A stretch of 64,000 nucleotides of DNA from Halothiobacillus sp. (GTDB lineage: Bacteria; Pseudomonadota; Gammaproteobacteria; JAAZVP01). A program made the translations under genes and the position numbers. Positions 20,497-28,637 of the stretch are shown in pieces. Positions within the stretch are counted from its first letter, which is position 1. The number at the start of each line of letters is the position of its first letter. The stretch covers positions 5,353-69,352 of the forward strand of contig JAAZVP010000006.1 in the NCBI GenBank assembly GCA_018623495.1, in the 5' to 3' direction. Under the pieces are notes generated by a model. The model was given only the letters and a program-made list of their open reading frames with translations. It had not been told where the DNA came from and ran no database searches.

Positions 20497-20799
20497 ATGA
20501 CCATCATCCGCCTCGCGGAGAACTTCATCGGCAAGGAGGACAAGGAGCGCCTCGAGCACTTCGGCGGCCACCTCATCGCCACCGGCCGCGCCACCCGCTG
20601 GCACTGGGCGCAGGACGACGACGGCGCCGACCTCCTCGAGGTCTACCACGGCGGCGCCGACGAGCGACTCTTCGCCCGTATCGGCCGCCACAGCCGACTC
20701 GACGAGTTCTACGCCGAGGACCGCGCCGGGCGCCAGCTGGGTTCCGGGCAGCTCGACCACGTCATGGCCGTGCTCGAGGAAATCGCCGACCGCGATTGA
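20497..20799 (+). CDS. Hypothetical protein (100 aa)
   Basis: ATG 20497 preceded by GGGAGGA. MTIIRLAENFIGKEDKERLEHFGG... No motif recognised. Confidence 0.5.
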   Translation: MTIIRLAENFIGKEDKERLEHFGGHLIATGRATRWHWAQDDDGADLLEVYHGGADERLFARIGRHSRLDEFYAEDRAGRQLGSGQLDHVMAVLEEIADRD

Positions 20800-20838
20800 A
20801 CGGGTCCCTCGAAAACCGCCGCGAGCCTGCGAAGGACC

Positions 20839-21633
20839 ATGCCCGAACTCCCCGACGTCGAGATCGAGCGCCGTTACTTCGAGGCCCACGCCCTGCACCA
20901 GGCCGTGGCGCGCACATCCGTACCCGCGCCGGACGTGCTCGAGGCCACCTCGCCCGCGCGCCTCCAGCACGCCCTCAAGGGCCACGCCTTCGTCGAGACC
21001 CGCCGCCACGGCAAGCACCTCTTCGCCCGTTTCGACGGCCGGCAGTGGCTGCACCTGCACTTCGGCATGAGCGGCCGGCTGGACTACGACGAGGACGACG
21101 TCCGACCCGCGCACGCCTGCGTCGTGTTCCACTTCCGTGGCCACCACCGGCTGGCCTTCGTCGCCCCGCGCAGGCTGGGGGCGGTGGGACTCACGGCAGA
21201 CCCGCGGTCGGTGATCGAGGACCGGGGACTGGGCCCGGACGCCCTCGCCCTCTCCCGCGAGGCCTTCCTCGAGGCGGCCGCCGGCACCCGCCGCCAGGCC
21301 AAGGCCTGGCTCATGGACCAGTCCGTACTGGCCGGCATCGGCAACGTCTACTCCGACGAGATCCTCTTCCAGGCCGGCATCCATCCGCGGCGCAACCTGG
21401 ACGAACTGGGCGAGGCCGAACGACGAGCGCTATTCGAGACGATGCACGAGGTGCTGGAAGCCGCCATCGAGGCACAGGCCGATCCCGAGCGGATGCCCGA
21501 GGACTGGCTCCTGCCCCACCGGGAGGACGGCGCCCGCTGCCCCCGCTGCGACGGACCCGTGGAACAGGTCGACGCCGCCGGGCGCACCGCCCGCTACTGC
21601 CCCCGCTGCCAGCCTGCCCCCGGCGCCGGCTGA
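20839..21633 (+). CDS. Fpg/Nei family DNA glycosylase
   Basis: N-terminal MPELPDVE, H2TH region LMDQSVLAGIGNVYSDEILFQAGIHP, C-terminal zinc finger CPRCDGP...YCPRCQ. Confidence 0.85.
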   Translation: MPELPDVEIERRYFEAHALHQAVARTSVPAPDVLEATSPARLQHALKGHAFVETRRHGKHLFARFDGRQWLHLHFGMSGRLDYDEDDVRPAHACVVFHFRGHHRLAFVAPRRLGAVGLTADPRSVIEDRGLGPDALALSREAFLEAAAGTRRQAKAWLMDQSVLAGIGNVYSDEILFQAGIHPRRNLDELGEAERRALFETMHEVLEAAIEAQADPERMPEDWLLPHREDGARCPRCDGPVEQVDAAGRTARYCPRCQPAPGAG

Positions 21634-22034
21634 AGGGAGGCTGGGGGCGACCTCCCGGTCGCGAACGGCGCTCACCCCAACCCCGGCACCGGGGAGATTC
21701 GCGGCGGGGACGCCGCTCCCACCGGGCCACCCGGCACACGGCGAACCGGTGCCTCCCGCCGCCAGCCCCCCGGCGCCGGCTGAAGCGAGGGTGGGAGCGA
21801 CCTCCCGGTCGCGAACGGCGCTGACCCCGCCTCGGCTCCCTGGGAGATTCGCGGCGGGGACGCCGCTCCCACCGGGCCGCCCGGGACAGGGCGAACCGGT
21901 GCCTCCCGCCGCCAGCCCCCCGGCGCCGGCTGAAGCGAGGGTGGGAGCGACCTCCCGGTCGCGAACGGCGCTGACCCAACCCCGGCACCGGGGAGATTCG
22001 CGGCGGGGACGCCGCTCCCACCGGGCCACCCGGC
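21596..22034. repeat. Tandem array, about 2.9 copies of a 150-bp unit, each unit an inverted REP doublet
   Basis: CGGCGCCGGCTGAAG recurs at 21621, 21771 and 21921 (period 150). Each unit carries GGTGGGAGCGACCTCCCGGTCGCGAA on the plus strand and GGTGGGAGCGGCGTCCCCGCCGCGAA on the minus strand. Both are 6-bp-stem hairpins with a TCCC loop. Units are roughly 90% identical by eye. Confidence 0.9.
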
Positions 22035-22096
22035 AGGCGGGGCCGCGCAACCCCGGCTTTCGGCGCCCTCCGTGGCCGACGCCGGGCCCCAACGAG

Positions 22097-22129
22097 AACG
22101 GGCCGGCGCCCCCCGGCGACCGGCCCGTT
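22097..22129. terminator. Strong hairpin between the REP array and the hpf-csd gene
   Basis: AACGGGCCGG...CCGGCCCGTT (10-bp outer stem, inner CGCC/GGCG pairs), followed by TTT on the plus strand. Confidence 0.5.
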
Positions 22130-22156
22130 TCCTGCGACAGCCCGGACGGGCTCAGA

Positions 22157-22711
22157 TCACTTGCCGATCACGTGGACGGTGGAGGCCTGGGGACCCTTGT
22201 CGCCCATTTCCTCGTTGAACCACACCGGCGTGCCCTCGGCGATCTTGTCGAAGTCCTCGTTGATGACGCTGTTGCGGTGGAAGTAGATGTTGCGACCATC
22301 CTCGGCGGTGATGAAACCGTGGTCCTGGGTCGGGATGATCGCGGTCACCAGGCCGCCGGGGGGACCCTCGTGGGTCTTGACCGCACCGCGCTGCACCTTG
22401 GCCTTCTTGTCCAACTGCTTCTCCAGCGCCTTGAAGGCGTCGCGCACCGCCACGTAGGCATCCTCGTGGGCGTGGTTCTTCTCCGGTTCGCGGCTGACGA
22501 CCAGGTCGCCGCCACCCGGCACGGTGACCTCGATATTGACGTGGTAGATCGTGCCCTGGTGGTTGTGCTGGTGCGGCGCGGAGATCACCACGCGGCAGCT
22601 GGTGATCCGGTCGTGGAAACGCTCGAGCTTGGCGGCTTTCTCGCGGATGGCGTTCTCGATGGCGTCCGAGTGCTCGATGTCGCGGAAGGTCACAATCAGG
22701 GGAATTTGCAT
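22157..22711 (-). CDS. HPF/RaiA (ribosomal S30AE) domain fused to a cold-shock (CSD) domain
   Basis: ATG 22711 preceded by AAGGAG. N-terminal half: MQIPLIVTFRDIEHSDAIENAIREKAAKLERFHDRITSCRVVISAP...VNIEVTVPGGDLVV...DAYVAVRDAFKALEKQL (HPF fold). C-terminal half: GLVTAIIPTQDHGFITAEDGRNIYFHRNSVINEDFDKIAEGTPVWFNEEMGDKGPQASTVHVI (CSD/OB fold). Confidence 0.8.
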   Translation of the reverse strand: MQIPLIVTFRDIEHSDAIENAIREKAAKLERFHDRITSCRVVISAPHQHNHQGTIYHVNIEVTVPGGGDLVVSREPEKNHAHEDAYVAVRDAFKALEKQLDKKAKVQRGAVKTHEGPPGGLVTAIIPTQDHGFITAEDGRNIYFHRNSVINEDFDKIAEGTPVWFNEEMGDKGPQASTVHVIGK

Positions 22712-22790
22712 CGCGTTCTCCTTCTCAACGCATGGCTCGCGATTGATTGTCCCGGGGGCCCACCCGGGGTCGGCCGGAGCCCACGCCTCC

Positions 22791-22819
22791 ATTAATTCAC
22801 ACCCGTGTCATTTGTTCAA
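22791..22819 (-). promoter_or_regulatory. Candidate sigma70 promoter of the hpf-csd gene
   Basis: Minus strand reads TTGAAC-17 nt-ATTAAT. This would give a leader of about 70 nt. Confidence 0.3.
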
Positions 22820-22857
22820 TACAGCCCCGCCGGACGAGACACGCGAACCCCGCGCGG

Positions 22858-22867
22858 ATGCTAGTCT
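22858..22867 (+). promoter_or_regulatory. Candidate extended -10 (TGcTAGTCT) of the second ftsH
   Basis: ATGCTAGTCT lies 28 nt upstream of ATG 22895. GGGGAG SD at 22884..22889. Confidence 0.3.
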
Positions 22868-22894
22868 GGTGATGGACAACCGCGGGGAGCCCCG

Positions 22895-24703
22895 ATGGAT
22901 CGCAACACCCTTGCCTGGATCGTCACCCTGGTGGCCCTGCTGTTTCTCTATGCCTCGCTGATGCAGGGCCCCGAGCCCGAGGCAGTGAGCTACTCGGCCT
23001 TCAAGGAGGCCGTGCGCGGCGACCGCGTGGCCAGCGTGACCCTCGAGGGGCAGACCCTCACCGGCCACTACCGCGACGCCGCCGAGGGCGCCGCCGGCTT
23101 TCGCACCACTCTCCCGCCGGTGGACGACCCCGGCCTCATGGAGCTGCTCGAAGGCCACGACGTGGAGATCACTGCCCGTTCCAGCCAGACCGCCTGGTGG
23201 CAGCAGATGCTCATCTACGCGCTGCCGTGGCTGCTGATCATCGGCTTTTTCGTCTACAGCTCCCGCCTGCTCCAGCGCCGCATGAGCGGCCAGGACTCGC
23301 CGTTCTCCTTCGGCAAGTCCAAGGCGCGCCTCTACCGCAAGACCACCGAGGACGTGCACTTCGGCGACGTCGCCGGCGCCGAGAGCGCCAAGCGTGACCT
23401 CGCCGAGATCATCGACTACCTCAAGGATCCCGAACGCTTCCATTCCATCGGCGCGAATATGCCCAAGGGCGTGCTGCTGATGGGCCCGCCGGGCACCGGC
23501 AAGACGTTGCTGGCCCGTGCCGTGGCCGGCGAGGCGGACGTGCCCTTCTATTCCATCAGCGGCTCGGAGTTCATCGAGATGTTCGTGGGCGTGGGGGCCT
23601 CGCGGGTACGCGACATGTTCCAGGACGCCCGCAAGCAGGCCCCCGCGCTGATCTTCATCGACGAGCTGGACGCCGTGGGCCGGGCGCGGGGCACCGGCCT
23701 GGGCGGCGGTCACGACGAGCGCGAGCAGACGCTCAACCAGATACTGGCCGAGATGGACGGCTTTTCCACCACCGAGCCGGTGGTGGTGCTCGCCGCCACC
23801 AACCGGCCGGACGTGCTCGACCCCGCCCTGCTGCGTCCCGGCCGCTTCGACCGCAAGGTGACCCTGGAGCTGCCCCAGCGCGACGCCCGCCGCGAGATCC
23901 TCGCCGTGCACACCCGCGACATCCCGCTGGCCGACGACGTCGACCTCGAGCGCATGGCGGCGGCCACCGCCGGCTTCTCCGGCGCCGACCTGGAGAACCT
24001 GGTCAACGAGGCGGCGCTGCTGGCCGGCCGGCGCGAGTCGCAGACGGTCACCCACGACGATTTCGACACTGCCCGGGACAAGGTCATCCTCGGCGCCGAG
24101 CACCGCGAGCGGATCACCGACGCCGAGCGCGAGCGCATCGCCTACCACGAGTCGGGCCATGCCATGGCCGCCTGGTTCTTGCCCAACGCCGATCCGCTCA
24201 ACAAGGTCACCATCATCCCCCACGGCCAGTCGCTGGGGGCCACCGAGCAGATCCCCCGCGAGGACCGCCACAACTACCCCCAGGCCTACCTCGAGGACCG
24301 CATCTCGGTGATGCTCGGTGGTCGCTGCGCCGAGCGGCTGGTCTACGACGAGCCGAGCTCGGGGGCGGCCGACGACCTCAAGCAGGCCACCCGCCTGGCC
24401 CGGCAGATGGTGGCCCAGTGGGGCATGAGCGAGCGGCTGGGTCCGGTGAGTTTCCGCGAGGGCGAAACCCATCCCTTCCTCGGCCGGGAGATGGCCGGCC
24501 CGCGGGACCACAGCGAGCACACCGCCGAGGTCATCGACGAGGAGGTCAAGGCCCTGGTCGAGCGCTGCGAGCAGGCCACCCTCGAGGTGCTGCGCCACCA
24601 CCGTGACCGCCTCGAGGCCCTGGCCAGGGCCCTGCTGGAACACGAGACCCTGGAAGGCGAGAGCCTCGAAACGGTGCTGGGAAGCCACGGGGAGGCGACG
24701 TGA
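22895..24703 (+). CDS. FtsH-family ATP-dependent zinc metalloprotease, second paralogue
   Basis: Two TM segments, Walker [19 protein letters not shown], Walker [13 protein letters not shown], zinc site HESGHAM. Full length (602 aa). Distinct from the canonical ftsH at the window start. Confidence 0.9.
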   Translation: MDRNTLAWIVTLVALLFLYASLMQGPEPEAVSYSAFKEAVRGDRVASVTLEGQTLTGHYRDAAEGAAGFRTTLPPVDDPGLMELLEGHDVEITARSSQTAWWQQMLIYALPWLLIIGFFVYSSRLLQRRMSGQDSPFSFGKSKARLYRKTTEDVHFGDVAGAESAKRDLAEIIDYLKDPERFHSIGANMPKGVLLMGPPGTGKTLLARAVAGEADVPFYSISGSEFIEMFVGVGASRVRDMFQDARKQAPALIFIDELDAVGRARGTGLGGGHDEREQTLNQILAEMDGFSTTEPVVVLAATNRPDVLDPALLRPGRFDRKVTLELPQRDARREILAVHTRDIPLADDVDLERMAAATAGFSGADLENLVNEAALLAGRRESQTVTHDDFDTARDKVILGAEHRERITDAERERIAYHESGHAMAAWFLPNADPLNKVTIIPHGQSLGATEQIPREDRHNYPQAYLEDRISVMLGGRCAERLVYDEPSSGAADDLKQATRLARQMVAQWGMSERLGPVSFREGETHPFLGREMAGPRDHSEHTAEVIDEEVKALVERCEQATLEVLRHHRDRLEALARALLEHETLEGESLETVLGSHGEAT

Positions 24704-25428
24704 GCGAGCTGCGCATCGGCACCGCGGGCTGGAGCTACGACCACTGGACCGGCCCCTTCTACCCGGACGACCTGGCGGACGACCAGCGGCTGGGCTTCTA
24801 CCAGGCCCGCTTCGACACGGTGGAGGTCGACAACAGCTTCTACCACCTGCCCGCCCGGGCGGCCGTCGAGGCCTGGCGGAGGCAGGTGGGCGCAGGCTTT
24901 CGCTTCGCGGTGAAGGCCAGCCGCTACATCACCCACATGAAAAAGCTCAAGGACCCGGTCGAGAGTACCGCCCGCTTCTTCGCGGCCATCGCGCCGCTGG
25001 GCGAACACCTCGGCCCCGTGCTCTTCCAGCTGCCGCCCCACTGGCGCGCCGACCCGGCGCGCCTGGCGGCGTTCATCGACGCCCTGCCCGGCGGCATCCG
25101 CTATGCCTTCGAATTCCGCGACGAGCGCTGGTGGACCGACGAGGTGGCCGGGGTGCTCGCCGAGCGCGACTGCGCCTTCTGCCTGTTCGACCTCGCCGGC
25201 CGCCAGTCGCCACCGACGGTGACCACCGACCTGGTCTACCTGCGCCTGCACGGCCCCGAGGCGGCCTACCGCGGCGGCTACCCGGACGCCGATCTCGACC
25301 ACTGGGCCGAGCGGATCCGCGACTGGCGTGCCGAGGACCGCTCGGTGTGGTGCTACTTCGACAACGACGCCGACGGCCACGCGCCCCGGGACGCCGAACG
25401 GCTGGTTCAGCGCCTGGCGGGACGTTGA
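24700..25428 (+). CDS. DUF72 (YecE-like) domain protein
   Basis: IGTAGWSYDHWTGPFYPDDL...FYQARFDTVEVDNSFYHLP...GFRFAVKASRYITH. The GTG start overlaps the ftsH-paralogue stop. Confidence 0.88.
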   Translation: MSELRIGTAGWSYDHWTGPFYPDDLADDQRLGFYQARFDTVEVDNSFYHLPARAAVEAWRRQVGAGFRFAVKASRYITHMKKLKDPVESTARFFAAIAPLGEHLGPVLFQLPPHWRADPARLAAFIDALPGGIRYAFEFRDERWWTDEVAGVLAERDCAFCLFDLAGRQSPPTVTTDLVYLRLHGPEAAYRGGYPDADLDHWAERIRDWRAEDRSVWCYFDNDADGHAPRDAERLVQRLAGR

Positions 25429-25495
25429 GCGGTGGAGTCGTCGGGTGGTCGAGCAGTCGCCGCGGGTGGCATGGCGCTCGGCCACCCGTACCGGG

Positions 25496-26590
25496 TCACA
25501 CCACCAGGTCCAGCTTCTGCACGGTGCCGGCGCCGCCGTCCTCGCGGAGGTAGAGGCCCGATTCGCGCAGCTGGCCGGCCATCTCGCCGTTGCCATCGTG
25601 CACGGCAAAGGGCGTGGCGACCCGGCCGAGGAAGATCGCCCCGACCCCGCTCTGGCCCAGGCCGATCAGTCGGCCCTGCTCGTCGTCCCCCTCGTGCAGC
25701 CACACCTGCAGGCGGTCCCAGATGGGATCGGCCTCGTCGATCCAGCCGTTGCCGTCGGCATCGAAGCGCGCCAGCTCGCCGAACCCGTCGCCGGTCATGG
25801 CCCCGAACAGCTCGGAACCGTCGGTCACCCGGCCGTTGCCGTCCCGATCCAGCGCCAGGAAGCCGCTCCCCGCCGCCAGGCGGGCGACGCGGTCCTGCTC
25901 GCCGTCGGCATCGATGTCGAAGTGCATGCGCCGGCTCTCCAGCTCCGCCGACCCCCCGTCGAAGTTGATCACCAGCGGGTCCTTCAGCCGCGCGGCACCG
26001 GCGCGGATGTCCACCTCGCTGTATTCCACCACCTCGCGGCTCATGGACAGCGACAGGTCGAGCTCGATCTCGCGGCCGTCGGCGGTGCGCACCCGGCTCT
26101 GGGCCTGGAAGTCGAAGCGCTCCGACTCGGCGCGCCATTCCTCGCGGCGGTAGTGCACCCCGAATCCCGACTCGGGGGACGCGGCCTCGCGGCCCGATCC
26201 CGCCGGGGACGGCTTCCCTTCCGGCACCGCGGTCTCGTCGGAAGGCTCGTCCAGGACGAGGGTTTCGAGTTCCAGCTTGCGCCCGGTCAGCGCCTCGACG
26301 AAGGCCGAGAGGATGCTGAAACGGAGCATGTCCTTGCCGTCCAGCCGGGGTCCGGTACCCTCGGCCTTGCCGCTCGCCTCGCCGCCGGCGGCCTTGCCGG
26401 TCTTGTCCGCCGGGACCGGCGGCGCGGCGGCCTCGGCCGGGCGCGGGGTGTCGCGGGCCGCCTGCGCGCCCGGTTCGGCGGCCGCCTCCGGCCGGCCCAT
26501 CCAGCCGGCGGTGAGGGTCTCGCGGGTGACCTCCACCCGCGTATGGCTGTAGCTGGCAGCCAGGTTCATCATCGAGCCCTGGATCTTCAT
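25496..26590 (-). CDS. Hypothetical protein with three EF-hand-like Asp-rich loops
   Basis: DIDADGEQD, DRDGNGRVTDGSE and DADGNGWIDEAD in the C-terminal half. A Pro/Ala/Glu-rich low-complexity region follows the N-terminus. No obvious signal peptide. Confidence 0.6.
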   Translation of the reverse strand: MKIQGSMMNLAASYSHTRVEVTRETLTAGWMGRPEAAAEPGAQAARDTPRPAEAAAPPVPADKTGKAAGGEASGKAEGTGPRLDGKDMLRFSILSAFVEALTGRKLELETLVLDEPSDETAVPEGKPSPAGSGREAASPESGFGVHYRREEWRAESERFDFQAQSRVRTADGREIELDLSLSMSREVVEYSEVDIRAGAARLKDPLVINFDGGSAELESRRMHFDIDADGEQDRVARLAAGSGFLALDRDGNGRVTDGSELFGAMTGDGFGELARFDADGNGWIDEADPIWDRLQVWLHEGDDEQGRLIGLGQSGVGAIFLGRVATPFAVHDGNGEMAGQLRESGLYLREDGGAGTVQKLDLVV

Positions 26591-26681
26591 GGTCGTTCCC
26601 CGGTTACACCAATGCCCCTGTTGTCGGCCATCGCGAGCGAAGCTTTAGGGGAAACCCCCGGCGCCGGGCCGCGGGGCCCGT

Positions 26682-27905
26682 TCAGTCCCGGTCGGCGAGG
26701 AACCGATCGAGCAGCGGCCGCATGGCGGGGGCCTGGACGAAGAGTGTGAACAGCACCACGCCGTAGGCGATCGACTGCACGGTCCACCAACCCTCGAGGG
26801 CCACCGGCAGGGACAGCGCCAGGGCGATGGTGACCGCGCCGCGCAGGCCGCCGAGCATCAGGGCGTGGCGTTCGCCGGGCGTGACCGGCACCAGTGGCGT
26901 GGCCCGTCCCAGCAGGGCGACCAGGCCGTAGACCACCACTCCACGCGCGAGCAGCACGGCACCGATACCGATGAGCATGGCCAGCCAGCGCTCGGTGAAC
27001 ATGCCGACGGTGACCGTGGCACCGAGCAGCAGGAATACCAGCGCATTGGCGACGAAGGCGTGGTGTCCCCAGAAACGGCGGACGAAGGACCGGTCCTCCG
27101 GGGCATGGCGGTCGAGGGCGAAGGCGATGGCCAGGCCCGCGGCGAGTACCGCCAGCACGCCGGAGGCATGCAGCACGCGCTCGGCGAGGACGAAGGCGAA
27201 AAAGGCACTCACCAGCGATACCGCCGCCCGCTCGATCGCCCCCGGACGACGACGCAGCACCCAGGCCCCGAGCAGGCCGATGGCCGCCCCGGTCGCCAAC
27301 CCGGCGACGAACTGCCAGGCGAAGGCCCCGGCCACCTCCAGTGCCCCGCCCTCGCGCTCGCCCGAGGCCAGCGCGGCAAGGAACGTGAACAGCACGATGG
27401 CGCCGGCGTCGTTCAGCAGGCTCTCCCCCTCCACCAGCGTCTCCAGGCGTCGAGGCGCGCCGCGCTCGCGGAACAGCGCGACCACCGCCACCGGATCGGT
27501 GGCCGAGAGCAGCACCGCGGCGATCAGCGCCGCCAACCAGGGAAACCCGGCGGGATGACCGATACCGTAGTAGACCAGTACGGCCGTGATGCCCGCTGCC
27601 ACCAGCATCGACGGGACGGCGAGAATCAGCACCCAGGCCAGTTCGCGCACCAGCGCCCGCGGCTCGAGCCGCAGCGCCGACTCGAAGACCAGCACGGGCA
27701 GGAGCACGTGCAGCACCAGGTCACGAAAGTGATGCCAGCGCAGCCCGATATCGCCGAACAGCCAGACACCCGCCTCGGCGGCGAGAAAGCCGGCCACCAC
27801 CAGTACCGCCGAAAACGGCAGCCGCATGCGCCGGGCCCAGGGCTCGACCAGGATGGCAAGCAGCAGCAGACCGGCAAAGGCCGCCAGTGCGGTGATCATC
27901 GACAT
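26682..27905 (-). CDS. Cation:proton antiporter (CPA1/NhaP-type Na+/H+ exchanger)
   Basis: About 11-12 TM helices. LLSATDPVAV...ESLLNDAGAIVLF, typical of the Na_H_Exchanger family. Confidence 0.85.
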   Translation of the reverse strand: MSMITALAAFAGLLLLAILVEPWARRMRLPFSAVLVVAGFLAAEAGVWLFGDIGLRWHHFRDLVLHVLLPVLVFESALRLEPRALVRELAWVLILAVPSMLVAAGITAVLVYYGIGHPAGFPWLAALIAAVLLSATDPVAVVALFRERGAPRRLETLVEGESLLNDAGAIVLFTFLAALASGEREGGALEVAGAFAWQFVAGLATGAAIGLLGAWVLRRRPGAIERAAVSLVSAFFAFVLAERVLHASGVLAVLAAGLAIAFALDRHAPEDRSFVRRFWGHHAFVANALVFLLLGATVTVGMFTERWLAMLIGIGAVLLARGVVVYGLVALLGRATPLVPVTPGERHALMLGGLRGAVTIALALSLPVALEGWWTVQSIAYGVVLFTLFVQAPAMRPLLDRFLADRD

Positions 27906-28028
27906 TTCCAGCTCCCTGCCCGGCCCGCCGGCCGGACGCCATTGACCTGGCCCGAAGCCGCCCCGCGGCGGGACGACGGCGGGCCATGGGAGGGCCGCCG
28001 CGGCGAACGGCCGCAGCGGCCGGTGTCG

Positions 28029-28637
28029 CTAGCGACGCGCCGAGAAACGCCGGCGGATCCAGTAGTCCGCGCTGACGTAGCGCCCGCCGCCGACGAAGAA
28101 CAGCATCAGCAGCATCACGAAGTAGGTGGCGGCCCACTCCATGCCGTTGTTGGAGATGACGAAGGCACCGGTCTCGGTCAGCCACGAGTAGTTGCCGTAT
28201 TCCTGGAGCAGGCTGCGGGCCGCCTCGAGGCGCTCCTGGACGCCCTCGATATCGGCCGGCGGGAACGGCGACCGGGGATCGGCCACCGCCTGCCAGCCGT
28301 TCTCCCGGTGCACGGCGAACATGGCCACCAGCATGATCACCATCAGCGGGATGGACACCCAGCGTACCGCCAGTCCCAGCAGCAGGCAGACCGCCCCGCC
28401 CACCTCCGCGGCGGTGGCCAGCGCGGCCATCAGCCAGGGCAGCGGCAGGCCCAGGCCCCACTCGGGATTGCCGAACCACTGCACGACGCTGTCGAAGCCG
28501 GTCAGCTTGTTGGTCCCCGCCACCCAGAACACCGGCACCAGGTAGAGCCGCAGTGCCAGCGGGCCGAGAAAGTCCACCGCGCGCGTGGCGTCCAGCAGGC
28601 GCTGGGCGCCCACCAGCCAGTCAATTGATCCCCGCAT
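28029..28637 (-). CDS. DoxX-family membrane protein with a soluble insert
   Basis: LALRLYLVPVFWVAGTNKL...AAEVGGAVCLLLGLAVRWVSIPLMVIMLVAMF, DoxX-like helices. Overlaps the upstream gene by 17 nt. Confidence 0.65.
   Translation of the reverse strand: MRGSIDWLVGAQRLLDATRAVDFLGPLALRLYLVPVFWVAGTNKLTGFDSVVQWFGNPEWGLGLPLPWLMAALATAAEVGGAVCLLLGLAVRWVSIPLMVIMLVAMFAVHRENGWQAVADPRSPFPPADIEGVQERLEAARSLLQEYGNYSWLTETGAFVISNNGMEWAATYFVMLLMLFFVGGGRYVSADYWIRRRFSARR

Noticed and set aside
21596-22034. Possible CRISPR array, because of regularly spaced palindromic repeats
   Set aside because: The units are contiguous 150-bp tandem copies with no unique spacers. Each unit contains two different hairpins in opposite orientation. 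No cas genes or leader are present. It fits a REP/REPIN-type repeat, not CRISPR.
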